Shown here: positions 40,565-54,036 of the stretch, one piece after another
How the letters are laid out: each line of letters starts with the position of its first letter
Numbering within the stretch: the first letter of the stretch is position 1
Source: Octopus vulgaris
Lineage: Eukaryota
Reading direction: 5' to 3'
Length of the DNA: 64,000 nucleotides
Assembly: GCA_951406725.2 (NCBI GenBank)
Contig: OX597814.1
Location: 99,944,001-100,008,000, forward strand
Position numbers and translations under genes: made by a program
The notes under the pieces: generated by a model
What the model saw: only the letters and a program-made list of their open reading frames with translations
Told to the model about the DNA's origin: nothing
Database searches by the model: none

Positions 40565-41287
40565 ACCTCTTCAATCTTTCTCCCTCCCACTCCTCCTCTC
40601 TCTTCGCCGCGTGTCCCCCTCCTCCTTCCCTCTTCCTTGCCTATAAAACAAAATTCCTTTACACGTGGTTCCCACTATTGAAAAGACTGCCTCCACGCGC
40701 TGCTACTACACTTTCGTCCATGCCAGCAAAAGGCTTCTTCGTTCGTCCCCTTGTGTGGTTGATTTCCTGTATAGTATTCTTGTTATTTTCTCGTTTTGTA
40801 ACTAATTGTACTTTTTGTACATGTATTTTTATTTTTGCAGTTTTATCGTTTGTCTATGCCAGAAAAAAGGCTTTTTCGTTCGTCCTCTTGTGTTTTTGTA
40901 CATGTATTTTAATTTTGCAGTCTTATTGTTACGTCTTGTTTGTGTTCGTACTCATTTTGACCCGCTGCTTGGAATTTTATTTTAATTCTCTCGCAGGAAG
41001 GCCTATTGGATTAGTGTACTGTTATGCCTTCGAAACATGCCTGACTCCTCTAGCGACAGCTGATGACGGGGGTTTTGTCCTTGTGTAGCTCGTCCTGTAT
41101 TTGTTTTTCGTTTTCTTGTTTTTCGTTTTCCGTTTTCTTGTTTTTTGTTTTTTGGCTTTTTCCGTTTCTACGTCTTATTGTGATGTCCTGTACTCCCGTA
41201 TAATTATTTATATATGCATGTATATATACTAGTAGATGTAGGTACGTACATATATGTTTGTATGTATGCATATATTTTTATTTATCT

Positions 41288-41373
<86 letters not shown>

Positions 41374-41377
41374 AATA

Positions 41378-41700
41378 TACAAAATGGGGCAAAAAACATC
41401 CAGATAGAAGATACAATGAAAACAAGGACGGGTCATTCGAAGTTTTCTTTCCTCAGTCAAGTACCAGAATATCTTCGCAATTTCGGCTGACTACACTTGA
41501 GATTGCTCCAATCTGGCCAGCCCCAAGGAAAAACTAAGCTAAGCGCATTAGATTCCTTCGAAGAAAGAAGCGAATGTATACAAAAACATGGACAGAAAAA
41601 AACGGACGTTATACAAATACAATAAAAATGATAACAACAGATAACAACAGGTGTCTTTCGACTAAGGACGAATTAAATTAAGCTGGCATGTGTGGAAATG
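41378..41700 (+). repeat. Unclassified interspersed repeat; inverted homolog at 57425-57742; both end at (TA)n-type tracts
   Basis: atacaaaatggg...aaacatccagataga.gataca..gaaaacaaggacgg...ctttcctcagtc..aatttcggctga..cttgagattgctccaatctgg is shared between the two. Confidence 0.85.
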
Positions 41701-41887
41701 AAGCCTTGCGGCAGGGATAGAAGATTTCACAAACACTGGGGGAAATAATGATGTTGCAGCGACAACGGCTAGACCAAGAAAGAAAGAACAGGCTTGGCCG
41801 AACGCCGGTCACGTGGGAAGAGAAGAGAGAGAAGTAGAAGCAGAGGGACAGAGAATTAAGGAGGGATATATATATATATGTATATAT

Positions 41888-42355
41888 CCTTTTACTTATT
41901 TCATTTGTTTTACTGCGGCTATGCAGGAGCACAGCCTTAAAAGACATTAGTCGAACAAATCGTTGCCAGGTCTTTTTTTAAATCTAGTACTCATTCTATC
42001 GGTCTCTTTTGTCGAACTGCTATGTTACGGGACGTAAACACACCAACACTGACTGTCAAGCAAGAAACAAGCAAGAAACAAAGACAAACATATATGTATG
42101 TATATGGATTTCATAGGCTTCTTCCAGCTTCCGTCTACCCAATACACTTACAAGGCTTTGGTCGGCCCGAAGCTACATCAGAAGACACTTACCTAAGGTA
42201 CTACGCATGCTGGAGACTCACATTGATGGGTTTAGTCGAACGAATCAATCCCAGTACTTATTAATTAAAACTTGTTACTTATTCTATCAGTCTCTTTCTG
42301 CCGAAACGTTATGTTACGGACACCTGATGAAGCTAACACCGGTTGACGGGTGGTG
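41888..42355 (-). mobile_element. Two degenerate SINE family A copies or fragments
   Basis: ttagtcgaacaaatc...agtactcattctatcggtctcttttgtcgaac appears twice, plus the head fragment caaggctttggtcggcccgaagcta..gaagacactt. Confidence 0.7.
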
Positions 42356-42598
42356 GAGGGGACGAACGCATACCGTAAGGCACACACACACACACACACA
42401 CACATATGTGTACTTACATATGTATATATCAGTGGTTCCCAACCTTTTTCAGCCCAGGGACCATTTTCGAAATTTCCCCAAGACACCTGATGAAGGCTTG
42501 AGGGTATATTAACAACAAACAAGATGAGGACAAATATCCGTCAATTGTAAATAATGTAAATAATTTACATAATTCCTCATCTCTTAAATACAGAACTG

Positions 42599-42644
<46 letters not shown>

Positions 42645-42856
42645 CGTAAAGTGTACTAGCCATCTGAATGTGGCTAGCCACTGGGGGTTGGGTGTTACTG
42701 ACGCTTTTAGCCCCAGGAGATCAACGTCACCAGCTGGCCTTAGACACAATTTCAGTGCCCTTGTGTTATTTGCAAAGGGAGGTCATCCTCCCTCGAAAAC
42801 CTAAGTGATACATACGGACTATAGTTTCAAGGTAATTGCCTCTCGTCAACGCGTCT

Positions 42857-42891
<35 letters not shown>

Positions 42892-43899
42892 GTGTGTGGG
42901 TGTTTATATGCGCATGTGTAAGTGCGTATGTGTGTGTGTGTGTCTTTTACATTGCTGAATCGTGTCAAAGTTACATGTTGTTACTGAAAACAATGCGGTT
43001 TATACTGAAACAATTGTTTTATTTAATGAAATACATTACGAAGAAAATTTAATGTCAAATTTATAGAAACTCTAGGGATGTAAATATAATATTCATAATT
43101 TAGAATGTACATTATAATAGGAAAATTCGTGATTAAATTGAATATTTTCATTTGGTTATTCTTGCAATATTGTTCTTGTTTTCTTTACAATGTAAGTTGC
43201 TTATTGAGTTCGAGAAAGTTGACAAATTTTACAACAGCACAACTGTAATTGAGGAAGCTAATTTTTTGCAAAACATTGTTATTATTGCAAAGACTTGAAT
43301 AATTTGAAATAATATTTACCTATCAATCTCAATTTGACTGTTTCAATGTAAATGTGGAAACATTTTAGGAAAACGCAATTTCTTCTTCGCCGTCTTTCCT
43401 TTATCTTTTCCACAAGCATTAGTTCAGTTTTCTGAGACAAAAAACTGAGCCAGATTTACACTTTCTCTCTTTACTTGTTTCAGTCATTGACTGTGGCCGT
43501 GCTGGAGCCCCACCTTTAGTCGAGCAAATCGACCATTTTTACCTTCTGAGTTCATGTTACGCCGAGGTCGAATTTACCTTTCATCCTTTCGGGGTTGATA
43601 AATTAATTACCTGTTGAACACTGGGGGTCAATGTAAACGGCTTAAACTCTCCCCCAAAACAGCTGGCCTTTGGTGAAGTGTGGTTGGTTCTATAAAGAAT
43701 AAGTGCCACCAGCTTGAGAGTAATACTAATCTTGGAGCATATTAATGCTAAATATATATACATATTCTATATTGTTTCCGAAATACATTGCCCAGTTTTT
43801 ATTTCAGGCTCTCTTTAGGGATGCCATCAGCAAAACTTGCAGGCCTTTGTTTATATGCGTCACTCTTTTAACAATATTCTTTGTGGTTATTTAACTAAC

Positions 43900-44148
43900 A
43901 GCCTGTCGTGAAATTAAAGTTCAAATGGCTGAGTACTCCGCGTAGTCTTAAAATAGTTCCCAGAGGAATTCAGCATGGCAAGGCTGGCTCTTTGAAATAC
44001 AGGTACTACTAATTTTTATTAGCTCATTGGATTGGAGCAACGTGAAATAAAGTGTCTTGCTGAAGGATATAACGCGCCCAGCGGGAATTGAACTCGCAAC
44101 CTTAAGATCACAGGCCGTATACCCCTAACCACCAAGCCATGTGCATTC
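43900..44148 (-). mobile_element. SINE family B, degenerate; family A and D fragments lie at 43468-43670
   Basis: tggagcaacgtgaaataaagtgtcttgct..gggaattgaactc..cctaaccac.aagcca, as in 53597-53918. Confidence 0.75.
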
Positions 44149-44539
44149 ACTTGCGGTCATTTTAAGTTGAGTTGATGGAATCTCCGTGTTCTCATTTGTA
44201 TTCTCAGCTTTTTATTGTTCTACGAATATTTATCAGCTCTTGGTTAAATTTTCATTATGTGGTACGCGCAAATGAACCATATCCTCCTCTATGCCTTTAT
44301 CAAATACTACATTTGTAGAGGAACACTTGTCACAACATCTCAGTTTGATGCAGACTCTGCACTATTTCGATTTTTAAAATATTTTAAAATTTATCTCAGC
44401 TACACTGTAGCATCTAGGCATTTAGCATTGCGAGTTGTAGGGATAAAGTTACAGACTATATATCGAAGGCAGTGGTCATACTCTATAATTCATGTAAGTT
44501 CGAATTCATTCTACATTTCAGAGTATTTGGGTGCCAATC

Positions 44540-45045
44540 TAAGGACAGTGCAATCTGAGAACATGTGTGAGAGTGATAAAAATGAAGCATCCAGTCAAGA
44601 TCATGGTGTTTAGTGTGATCACTAGTCATGGCGACGTTATGCCTCCATTCATCTTTCCAGACGGCGTCAGACTCAATACAGCGGTCTTCATCAAGTCCAT
44701 GGCGGAGGTAGTGCTGCCTTCGGTCAAGTGGATGGCTACTAGAAGACCATATCTGACAACGGGATTCTTCACCATGCCACACAAGCACGAGAACCCATCC
44801 ATGGCTGTCAGACGATTCCTGCTCCCACATCACCCCTAACATCTGGCCATTTAACTCCTCAGACTACAACCCCTTTGATTATTATGGTTGGAGCGCAGTT
44901 GAGCAAGTGACCAACAAAACTCTTTGTAACACCAAAGATGAACTGATGGCAAGAATTATGGCAGTAATCTCCAGAAAAGTTGTAGGAGATTCCGAAGTTG
45001 TCTAGAGGACATGGTTGAAGATAATGCTGTTTTATTGAATAAATT
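44540..45045 (+). pseudogene. IS630-Tc1-mariner transposase fragment (maT/DD37D-like)
   Basis: MKHPVKIMVFSVITSHGDVMPPFIFPDGVRLN...; QRDSSPCHTS; WPFNSSDYNPFDYYGWSAVE; CRRFRSCLEDMVE. Confidence 0.8.
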
Positions 45046-46087
45046 TTCTCTTTGGTATTTCAAGATATATTTATGTAATTTTGGTATCTGTTAAAATGAG
45101 ATGGACGGGAGAGTAGACGGGAAAGTAAACTGAATAAAGCTGTATACATATATTCATGGGCATAGAAGTGTTAATATGAACTTATGTACTCCTTTCTCAC
45201 TCTCAATTTCTTTGTTAATACACATACATATACATACACTGTACGTATATAACATGCCTGCATACATTACATACACACGTGTATATTTATGATAGACAAT
45301 ATGTATATATATACATATACAGATGCGTTTTTAATTTTGTTTAACTACTAGATTTATGAAATTGTCATAACATGTAGCTGCTTCGGTCACTTCAACAGAA
45401 ACAACAGGAAAAAAATCTTGGCAATTTTAATCTTAAATTTCTTTGCATAAATTTTTAATAACGTCCATATTACTGGTACTTATTCTTTCAAATCTGTTGG
45501 CCAGAACTTTTTAAACGATCTCTGAACATGACAGAAATACTAAATTTCCATAAAATCACACATTATTATAAGGTGGATGACATTGGTCAATATTTTTCCT
45601 GATACATCACAATCGCAAGATGTTCACTGCTAGAGTGTTCTGTTCAGTCAAGACTGCCTTCAGTCTAAATAACAATAACAATAAATTACAATAGAATTAA
45701 AGGAGGAGAACATTAAAATTAATCTAAACAATAGTCGTGACATTAGCTACACCAGATTATGAATATGTTATGTTGAAGAATATTTCATTGTACATACAAC
45801 TAAGAAGTCGGCTGTTGGCCTTTTCCCAGTAACTGATGTCCAGATACCTAAGACTCAAAGCCATATTTGAGCAATATCAAACAGGGCGGTATCGAATTCA
45901 TACCTTGTGATATGGATTTTAAACTGAATTCAATTCTTCCCGTAAAAAATCTTACAGAGTGCACTGGATTTGACTTGTCTCGCAACTGCTTACACGAGAG
46001 CACTCAATGGAATTATACCGTGAAAGGAAATTATGGAGATGACATCAGCAGCAGCAGCAACAATTGTAGTAGTATTATTATTATTAT

Positions 46088-46130
<43 letters not shown>

Positions 46131-47149
46131 TCTTGTTGTTGTTGTTAGTGAACATCGATTATTTTTAGTTTCATCAATTCTACATTTCTAACGTTAAATC
46201 TAGTCGAGTCAACTTTGTTTTTGCATATATCAGAGATCAGGAAATTAGTAATAGCCAATTCAAAAGATTTGATCTCACCCTGACCAAAAAAAAAGAAGAA
46301 AGAAAGAAAATGAAAAGTAAATGAAAATGTCTTTTTCACTAGTTAAAAAAAAATCAATAATTTACAAGTTGCAACAGCAAATACAAGAGCTGATGAAGAA
46401 AAAAAAATCGCTAAAAACAATGAAGAAGCAATAACAAAAAGAAAGAAAAAACTTTAATGACAAACCCGGTCAATTTTGCCCTATATGCATGGTCATGATA
46501 ACAGGCATATTGTCATTCAAATGTAATCGACTGCAAAAATTGAGAGACGTCCATTTTGTTTTCAAAAGTCGTATCGATTATTATGACATTGAATAAATAT
46601 AGGTAATCTAAAATCCCATAACTGCCCGAAGGAAATATCTAAATGTAAAAAACATAATCCATATATATAGTAAAATAGCAGCACTTTCTTTCTGCAGATG
46701 ATGATGCTAAAAGCAAAAATACTTTCTTAATGAATAACCACGCATGTCAGTGAGGTGGATAGCTGAATCAGGATATTGTGGTATTTAGTTACGTCCCTTT
46801 CTCTTTTGAATGCGAATAACGATGCTGTTGATTTTGTCTTTTATTCCTTTCAATGTCAACGAGTATTTTCTAGATACCTGAAAAACCATAGTATCAAATT
46901 AATAAGAGGCATCGCTAAGCATATGCATGCGCGCGCGCGTGTGTGTGTGCGTGTGTAGGTGGTCAGAATTCCTGTGACAAGTGTTATTTTCTATGTTGTA
47001 GAAAACAAAACAGCCTGGAATTTCGCTGTAAACAGCTTGTTCACAAATGCCTGCATGTGAGAGTGTGCATGTGCCTGCGTTCGTCGTCTTTGAAATGAAT
47101 TAATAAAGTCATACAGCCTTAAGTTCATGCTAAATATTGAGTTTCCAGT

Positions 47150-47292
47150 GCTCAGGGGTACGACCTCTTGGTGCAACACTGACATAGCACTGGTATCACC
47201 ACAAGTAAGAACTCCAACTGATAAGGGCGTCAAACAGGGAGATACCATCTTTCCAAATTTCCTCGCTGCATGTATGGAAATGGCCATTAAAG
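47150..47292 (+). pseudogene. RTE-clade LINE reverse transcriptase fragment
   Basis: TDIALVSPQVRTPTDKGVKQGDTIFPNFLAACMEMAIK resembles RT motif KGVRQGDTISPKLF.ACLE. Confidence 0.7.
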
Positions 47293-47464
47293 CTATTTGT
47301 TAGACTTGTTGCGTAAATGTATGTATGTATGTATGTATGTATGTATGTATGTATGTATGTATGTATGTATGTATGTATGTATGTATGTATGTATGTATGT
47401 ACGTATGTATGTATGTACGTATATATGTTTGTATGTATTTATGTCCGGCATTCGCCATGATAGA

Positions 47465-47630
47465 CCGCTAGCCACTTCACATTCTTTATTTTCTCTCCTT
47501 GTTTCTTTCTGTGTTCCTTTCTGTGGAAGAGTATAGGATCGAAACATTAAAGCATTTTTCACTCCCCGAGTGTTTTGTTGTCTACACCACCTGTCTTCGT
47601 CTTTTGTTTTATTTTTTTTAATTCTCCCCC
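47465..47630 (+). mobile_element. Short non-autonomous repeat with a degenerate hammerhead
   Basis: cttt-CTGTGGAAgagtataggatcGAAACATT-aaag. Tail ttgttgtctacaccacctgtcttc is shared with 34013-34040. Confidence 0.6.
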
Positions 47631-49129
47631 TATGTATATATGTATGGAAGGATGGATATAGCGAGACAAAGAGAAGGTAGAGAGAGCTTTGAGAAAAGAA
47701 AACTACCTTACGTTACAGATAATACAAAATGTAGCACGAGTAGATGAGCAAAAAGCCGAGCCCTTCATTAGCAAGCAATCGGAATATTTGCAATATAGGA
47801 GACGAAATCGTAGTGATATTCTGTTCGCAGCGCAGTGCTATTTGAACTATAGTTTTGTTTTATTCTTATTAACTTCCTTGGTTATTGGTGTTACATGTTG
47901 CTTACAAATATACCCACGCACACGCGTGTGTGTGTGTATGTTAAATTAATAGGTTGAATAATTAAGTTTCATCTTGTAATATTTGACAGTAATAAGATAA
48001 GAGAAAAGAATAGCATATCCATTACATACATGTGTTTTAAATACATGGGGTAAGTGTGTAATTTAGTTGGTTTAACCGGAAAATTCAAAAGAATAGAATG
48101 AAGAATTAATACATAGTAGATCTATTTTGAAAAAAGAAATAACATTTAGTTAGGCTTCAGGCTAATTTCAATGTAAGGGAACGAAAGGAGGGAAAACTAA
48201 TGGAGGAAATTTAAATTATGTCTATACAGAACCATAATTTAAAGGGAATTGCTTAATATGCCGGTGCAGCTGTATTTGTGGGGAAATGTGTATGATAGCA
48301 TATGTAAATGGAAAGTTATTATATGCGAAATGCTATTGAATTTCAATGGAAAATGCTTGTAGATTTTGTTGTGGACAAGAATGTAGATAAATTTGATGTA
48401 ATAAAATTGAAAGTTCTTTTATTAAGTCTATAGCTTTTTCATTATCAACAATTCAAATGCGCAAGCAGTAAATACACATTTAATTAAATTACAAAAATGA
48501 ATGCACAATATCTCACACACGCGCACACGCACGTATACCCCTCTACACATACACACACACACACACATACATACACGCGCGCGCGAAACCCTCACGCACT
48601 CACATTCACAAACACACACACGTATGGACTTTATATGTATAGGAGCTTATAAAATAATTTCAAAACTTACGATAGTAAGTGGATATAAATTTAGAAGTAT
48701 AAAAGTATGTATGTATGCATGTATGTATAAATGAATGAATAAGTGAATGAAGGAATGAAGGAATGGATGAATGAATGAAACAAATCAATAGACAAACGGA
48801 ATGAAATTTGTGTATACACAGGGAGCTAGAATTAGAAATAATTAGATCAGTGTAACTAATTGAAGAATATGTTAAGAAAATTGAAATAGCTTTGTATTTA
48901 GTGGTTTCCATTGTTCTTTCATGTAGTGTTTTAATATACGAGTTTTTCCTGCTTTTTTCTCTGTTTGCTGTTAAAGAAAGTGAAGATCATTCCCCACGCA
49001 CACACCCATAGATAAACTATTATTCGTCTACACGTAATCCACCTCGTTCTTCCTTCTTATGGGGCCGCATATTGCCCATCTCCTGTTTTCCAAAACAGCA
49101 TTTTATCTTACTCATTCCTTCTAAGTTTT

Positions 49130-49165
49130 TCTTCTGATGAAGGACTAACAACCGAAACGCTAAGA
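49130..49165 (+). ncRNA. Minimal type I hammerhead, one mismatch at U16.1
   Basis: TCTT-CTGATGA-A-GG actaacaa CC-GAAAC GC T-AAGA. Confidence 0.6.
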
Positions 49166-49714
49166 CTCTTTCCTTTTCTTACATACACTCATAGATGGTT
49201 CACGCATTCATACGTACATGCATACATACATATATACATACATACATAAATACATACATACAAACATACATACGTACGTACGTACGTACATACATACATA
49301 AATACATACACGCATACATACATACACACATACATACATACATACATACATAAATACATACATACATACATATATACATACATACATGCATACATACATA
49401 CATACATACATAAATACATACATACATACATACATACATACATAAATACATACATGCATACATACATACATGCAGTCATACATACATACATACACACATA
49501 CATACATACATACACATATACATACATACATGCATACATACACGCAGTCATACGTACAGGCTTAAATACATACATGCATGCATACATACATACATAAATA
49601 CATACATGCACACATATCCTTCTCGACCACATCCTCGTTATAATCCACGCTATCTTTGTTTTCATTAGCAACACCGTTTCTTATCATTACCGCCAACAAA
49701 AGCAGCAGTACTGT

Positions 49715-49745
<31 letters not shown>

Positions 49746-50437
49746 AGCAGTCAAAATAACAATAGTTGCAGCAACAACAAGATGAACACAAAAGAGCAGT
49801 AGTGTTAAGGAGAATCTACGATAATTTCCGAAAATCTAACGAAAATATGAAAAAAAAAACAAAAATACGAACGAATAACAACAACGCTAACACTAACAAC
49901 AAAAGCGATAAATATACAAGAGACATCTTACTTCTCAGGTGTAATTTGTACACATGCCATTTCATAGATGGTTTACTCTGCGTGTTAGGTTGAGGTAATA
50001 TCGAATTTTCTAGAGAAACACAAAGAAGCTCGGTAGCAAATGATGTTTATTGCAAAAGTTGATAAGAATAATTCCTAATCCCATTATCTCTCTTCGACAA
50101 CGAATGCTATTTACTTGAGAGTAAAGAGATTATAGGATGTAGGTAGATGTCTTGTGCGGAGTATGGGTGGTATGGGTGGTTGGTTGGTTGGGTGGGGGCG
50201 GTTGAATGTAGTGTCGGAGGGATGGAATGGTGAGAGGGGGAGAGTAGGGATGACGGAGAGGAAGAGTGTGAGGAAGGGAGAAGAGAAAGAGATGAGGAGA
50301 GAGAGGCAAAGAGAAGGGAGAGAGGGGTGAGAGATGAGAGAGAGGGAGAAAGAAGGAGAGAAAAGAAGCGAAGAGGAGACGGCGAGAGAGAGAAAGAGAA
50401 GGAGAAAGATGGAGAGAAGGGAAAAGAAGGGGAGAAG

Positions 50438-50519
<82 letters not shown>

Positions 50520-50521
<2 letters not shown>

Positions 50522-51290
50522 GCTTATGCCGATGAAGATTGACAGTATGAAAGCTAAGCGCGGAATGAGGGCCGATTTAACAAAACCAGAGGAGCACACC
50601 CTCGGTGTTGATCAGCATGACACTGATGATGATGATAATAAGAAAGAGGAGGAGCGGGAGGAGCAGGAGCGAAAGGAGATGGAAGGAATGTTGATGATGC
50701 TGATGCTGACGCTCATGATGTCGACGATGACGATGATAATAATGGTCATGATAACGGTCATGATGACGTCGACGAAGGCGAAAATGATGACGACAGCGAT
50801 GGTGAAGGTGATGATAGTGATGACGACGACGACGATGAGGATGATGATGATGATGAGGAGGAGGAGGAGGAGGAGGAGGAGGTTGAAGAAGATAATGAAG
50901 GGGAGGATGAAGAGGAGGTAAAAGAGGAGGAAGAATAAGAAAAGTTAAAAGAGGAGGTGAAAGAAGAGAAAGAGGAATGGGAGGAGGAGGAAAATGAATA
51001 CGCGTAATAGTAGGAAGAGTAGGAAGAGAAAGGGGAAAAGGGGATTAGGAGAAAATTAAGGGTGAAAGAGGAGGAGGAGGAAGAAGAAGAAGAGGAAGAA
51101 AATTAAAAGTAAAAGAGGAGGAAGACGAGGTGGAAGAGGAGGGAAAATGAGGAGGTAAACGAGGAGGAAGACGAGGAAAAGAAAGAAGAGGAAATGAAAG
51201 AGGGGAGGTGGAAGAGAAGGAAGTGGAGGAGGAGGAAGAGTAAGGGGAGGACGTGGTGGAAAAGAAGAAGAAGAAGAAGAAAAATTTGGT
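50520..51290. repeat. Purine-rich low-complexity (GAT/GAC/GAG/GAA) tract
   Basis: Degenerate triplet repeats. ORFs here are compositional. Confidence 0.8.
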
Positions 51291-51788
51291 GTTCTTATTT
51301 CATTTGAACTTATCGTGTTCGTCGATTGGAATATAATAAAAGCGAAGTAAATAATACAACTATTTACCAATGATGAATGTTAAACAATAATAGTGAAATA
51401 CGAAGACGAACAGTGGAATATTAATAATAAAGGCAGTAGTAACAGTAGGAAGAGGGGAGGGAACGGAAAAGGAAGAATAAGCAAAAGAGGAGTGAAGAAG
51501 GTGGAAGGGGACGAGGAGGAGAGAAAAAGAAAAAAAAAGTGATATTGTGGTATTGTACTTATGTTTGGCGTTGCCCTTGTTGTTGGGGTGCTAGTGGTCT
51601 TTGGTGGGGTAATGGTGGTATATGGAGCTGATTGAAGTGGTGATGGTAGAAGTAATAGAGATGATGAGGAAGTGGACATTTCAGTTAATAAAAAATTCTG
51701 TTTCAATTGATTGGAGAAATAGTACAGATTGGAGAAATAGTACAGAGCAGAATGCGGGAAGTGTATAGTAACTGTTGCCGCAAGGTTG

Positions 51789-51836
<48 letters not shown>

Positions 51837-51884
51837 AGAGAGAGAGAGGGGGAGAGATGCTTAAGACCACAAATCTAGTTTTGT

Positions 51885-52705
51885 TTGCAGGCCCAAATGT
51901 CAACTGATCAAACCTACGAAGTCTGAGATTGCGTTAGTGAAGCAATCAGGAAGGCTAACAACGACATTAGGAGAACATTTGACTTCTCTCTCTGTTGCAA
52001 CACCAATGAGGTTTAAAATCAACAGCAACGGAGGCAAAGTAAAGTTCACCCAATTCAATATAGTGGATTTTTATTCATCTACATCAAGAGATTTGTGCAA
52101 CAGAGCACTTACTAAGAATTTCCACTCATCTAGCATTCAGCCGTATAGGGACGATGTTTTGGAACTATACGGACGGGATTGCAGTCACACTTTTGATCGA
52201 CATATGAAGGAGCTAACCCATGCCATTAATTCCCATGGGCTGAAATTCGCAATAAAAACCAATTTGAAAGTGATTGATTTCCTGGATTTTACATTTAACC
52301 TAGATACTAATACATATAATTTTTTTCGAAAACCCAATGAGTATTTGATAAATATTGATATAGCTTCCTGCCATCCAGCCATACTTTTCGGAAATGTAGT
52401 TAGCTGGAGAATTTCCGAGCTATCATCAGGAAAGATTCTACACCGCGACTCCGCACTAAAATAGGTTCCTGGTCGCCAGTGGTTTCAAAGATAAGATGAG
52501 TTCGACGCTAACCTCACCAAAGAAAATGCTACCCTAAACGCTGCATTATGTCACTGTTTTCCCTAAACTAAATACGTGCAGGTACGATCTTCCATAGTTT
52601 AGTCGGGAAATATTTCCTTCAAACACATAAACGCAAGAAAATTTCCTGCAGACTTACTTCGAAGGTCTCTTTCAGTTGTGCTCTTGTCATAAATAAAATA
52701 TGAGT
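51885..52705 (+). pseudogene. Decayed second Naiad-type PLE RT with internal deletions
   Basis: RPKCQLIKPTKSEI (cf. NPSVRLICPTKSDI), FTQFNIVDFYSS, YRDD, VIDFLDFTFNL, FRKPN, SCHP, RISELSS, KYFLQTHK, KVSFSC. Collinear with the 5547-8360 protein. Confidence 0.85.
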
Positions 52706-52784
52706 GAGTGCATCCAATCTCAAAATAGAGGCAGCAACTCTCTTGCTAGGGATTTAGCAGCTTTACTTAAGTCTAAAGCCCTGT

Positions 52785-52900
52785 CCGAAGAAATGAGACA
52801 TACCCAAGGAATATCACAGTTGTGGGGAACTTGGTTTTCATGATGTTCATGTCCAGTCTCACGGCATTTACAATGCTCATACCTGTCACGATGTCGGCAT
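52785..52900 (-). pseudogene. Small maT-like transposase remnant
   Basis: IMKTKFPTTVIFLGYVS resembles the KHPVKIMVFSVITS block of the 44540 element. Confidence 0.35.
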
Positions 52901-53307
52901 TTTGAATCCAGTCGCGAATCATCATGACATAACTAACTCTTTTTTCTATATTCTTTATGCTTTCCAATGCCGTTGACTATTTACCAATATACCAATATAT
53001 TTTCCTGGAAAAATGAGACATAAACATTCGTCAAATTTAGCTCGAACACCCTTTCTTTTTATTCTTTTACTTGTTTCAGTCATTTCACTGTGGCCGTGCT
53101 GGAGCACCGCCTTTAGTCGAGGAAATCGACCCCAAGACTCATTCTTTGGAAGCCTAGTACTTATTCTATCGGTCTCTTTTGCCGAACCGCTAAGTTACGG
53201 GGACGTAAACACACCAGCATCGGTTGTCATGCGATGTGGGGGGAACAAACACAAACACGCAAACATATATACAAACATATATATACGTATATATATATAT
53301 ATATATA

Positions 53308-53560
53308 CGTGACTGACCAGACCATCAGATGTTGCTACACAACGCTGGTCACAATGCGTTCGCATTGTTTTAGCCTTCAAATGACGCCACCCTGCTAGCT
53401 AAGCGAGCAGGCCAACAGAAGAAAGAGTGAGAGAAAGAGTGGTGAAAGAGACAGCAGGGATGACCACCCCCTGCCGGAGCCTCGTGGAGCTTTTAGGTGT
53501 TTTCGCTGGGAATCGAAACCACGAGTCCGCTGCCCTACTAACCACTGGACCATTGCGCCT

Positions 53561-53561
<1 letters not shown>
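53308..53561 (-). mobile_element. tRNA-derived SINE, family C (3' part also at 9715-9860 +; head shared with 59351)
   Basis: Minus-strand head ggaggcgcaatggtccagtgg..agggcagcgg..ggtttcgattccc. Tail ggtggcgtcatttgaaggctaaaacaatgc. Confidence 0.8.

Positions 53562-54036
<475 letters not shown>

Noticed and set aside
42485-42520. Hammerhead start CTGATGAAGGCT
   Set aside because: The GAAA half is absent, so at most a deleted remnant.
50526-50921. 131-aa Met/Arg/acidic ORF
   Set aside because: Low-complexity triplet repeats with no domain signature or splice evidence.
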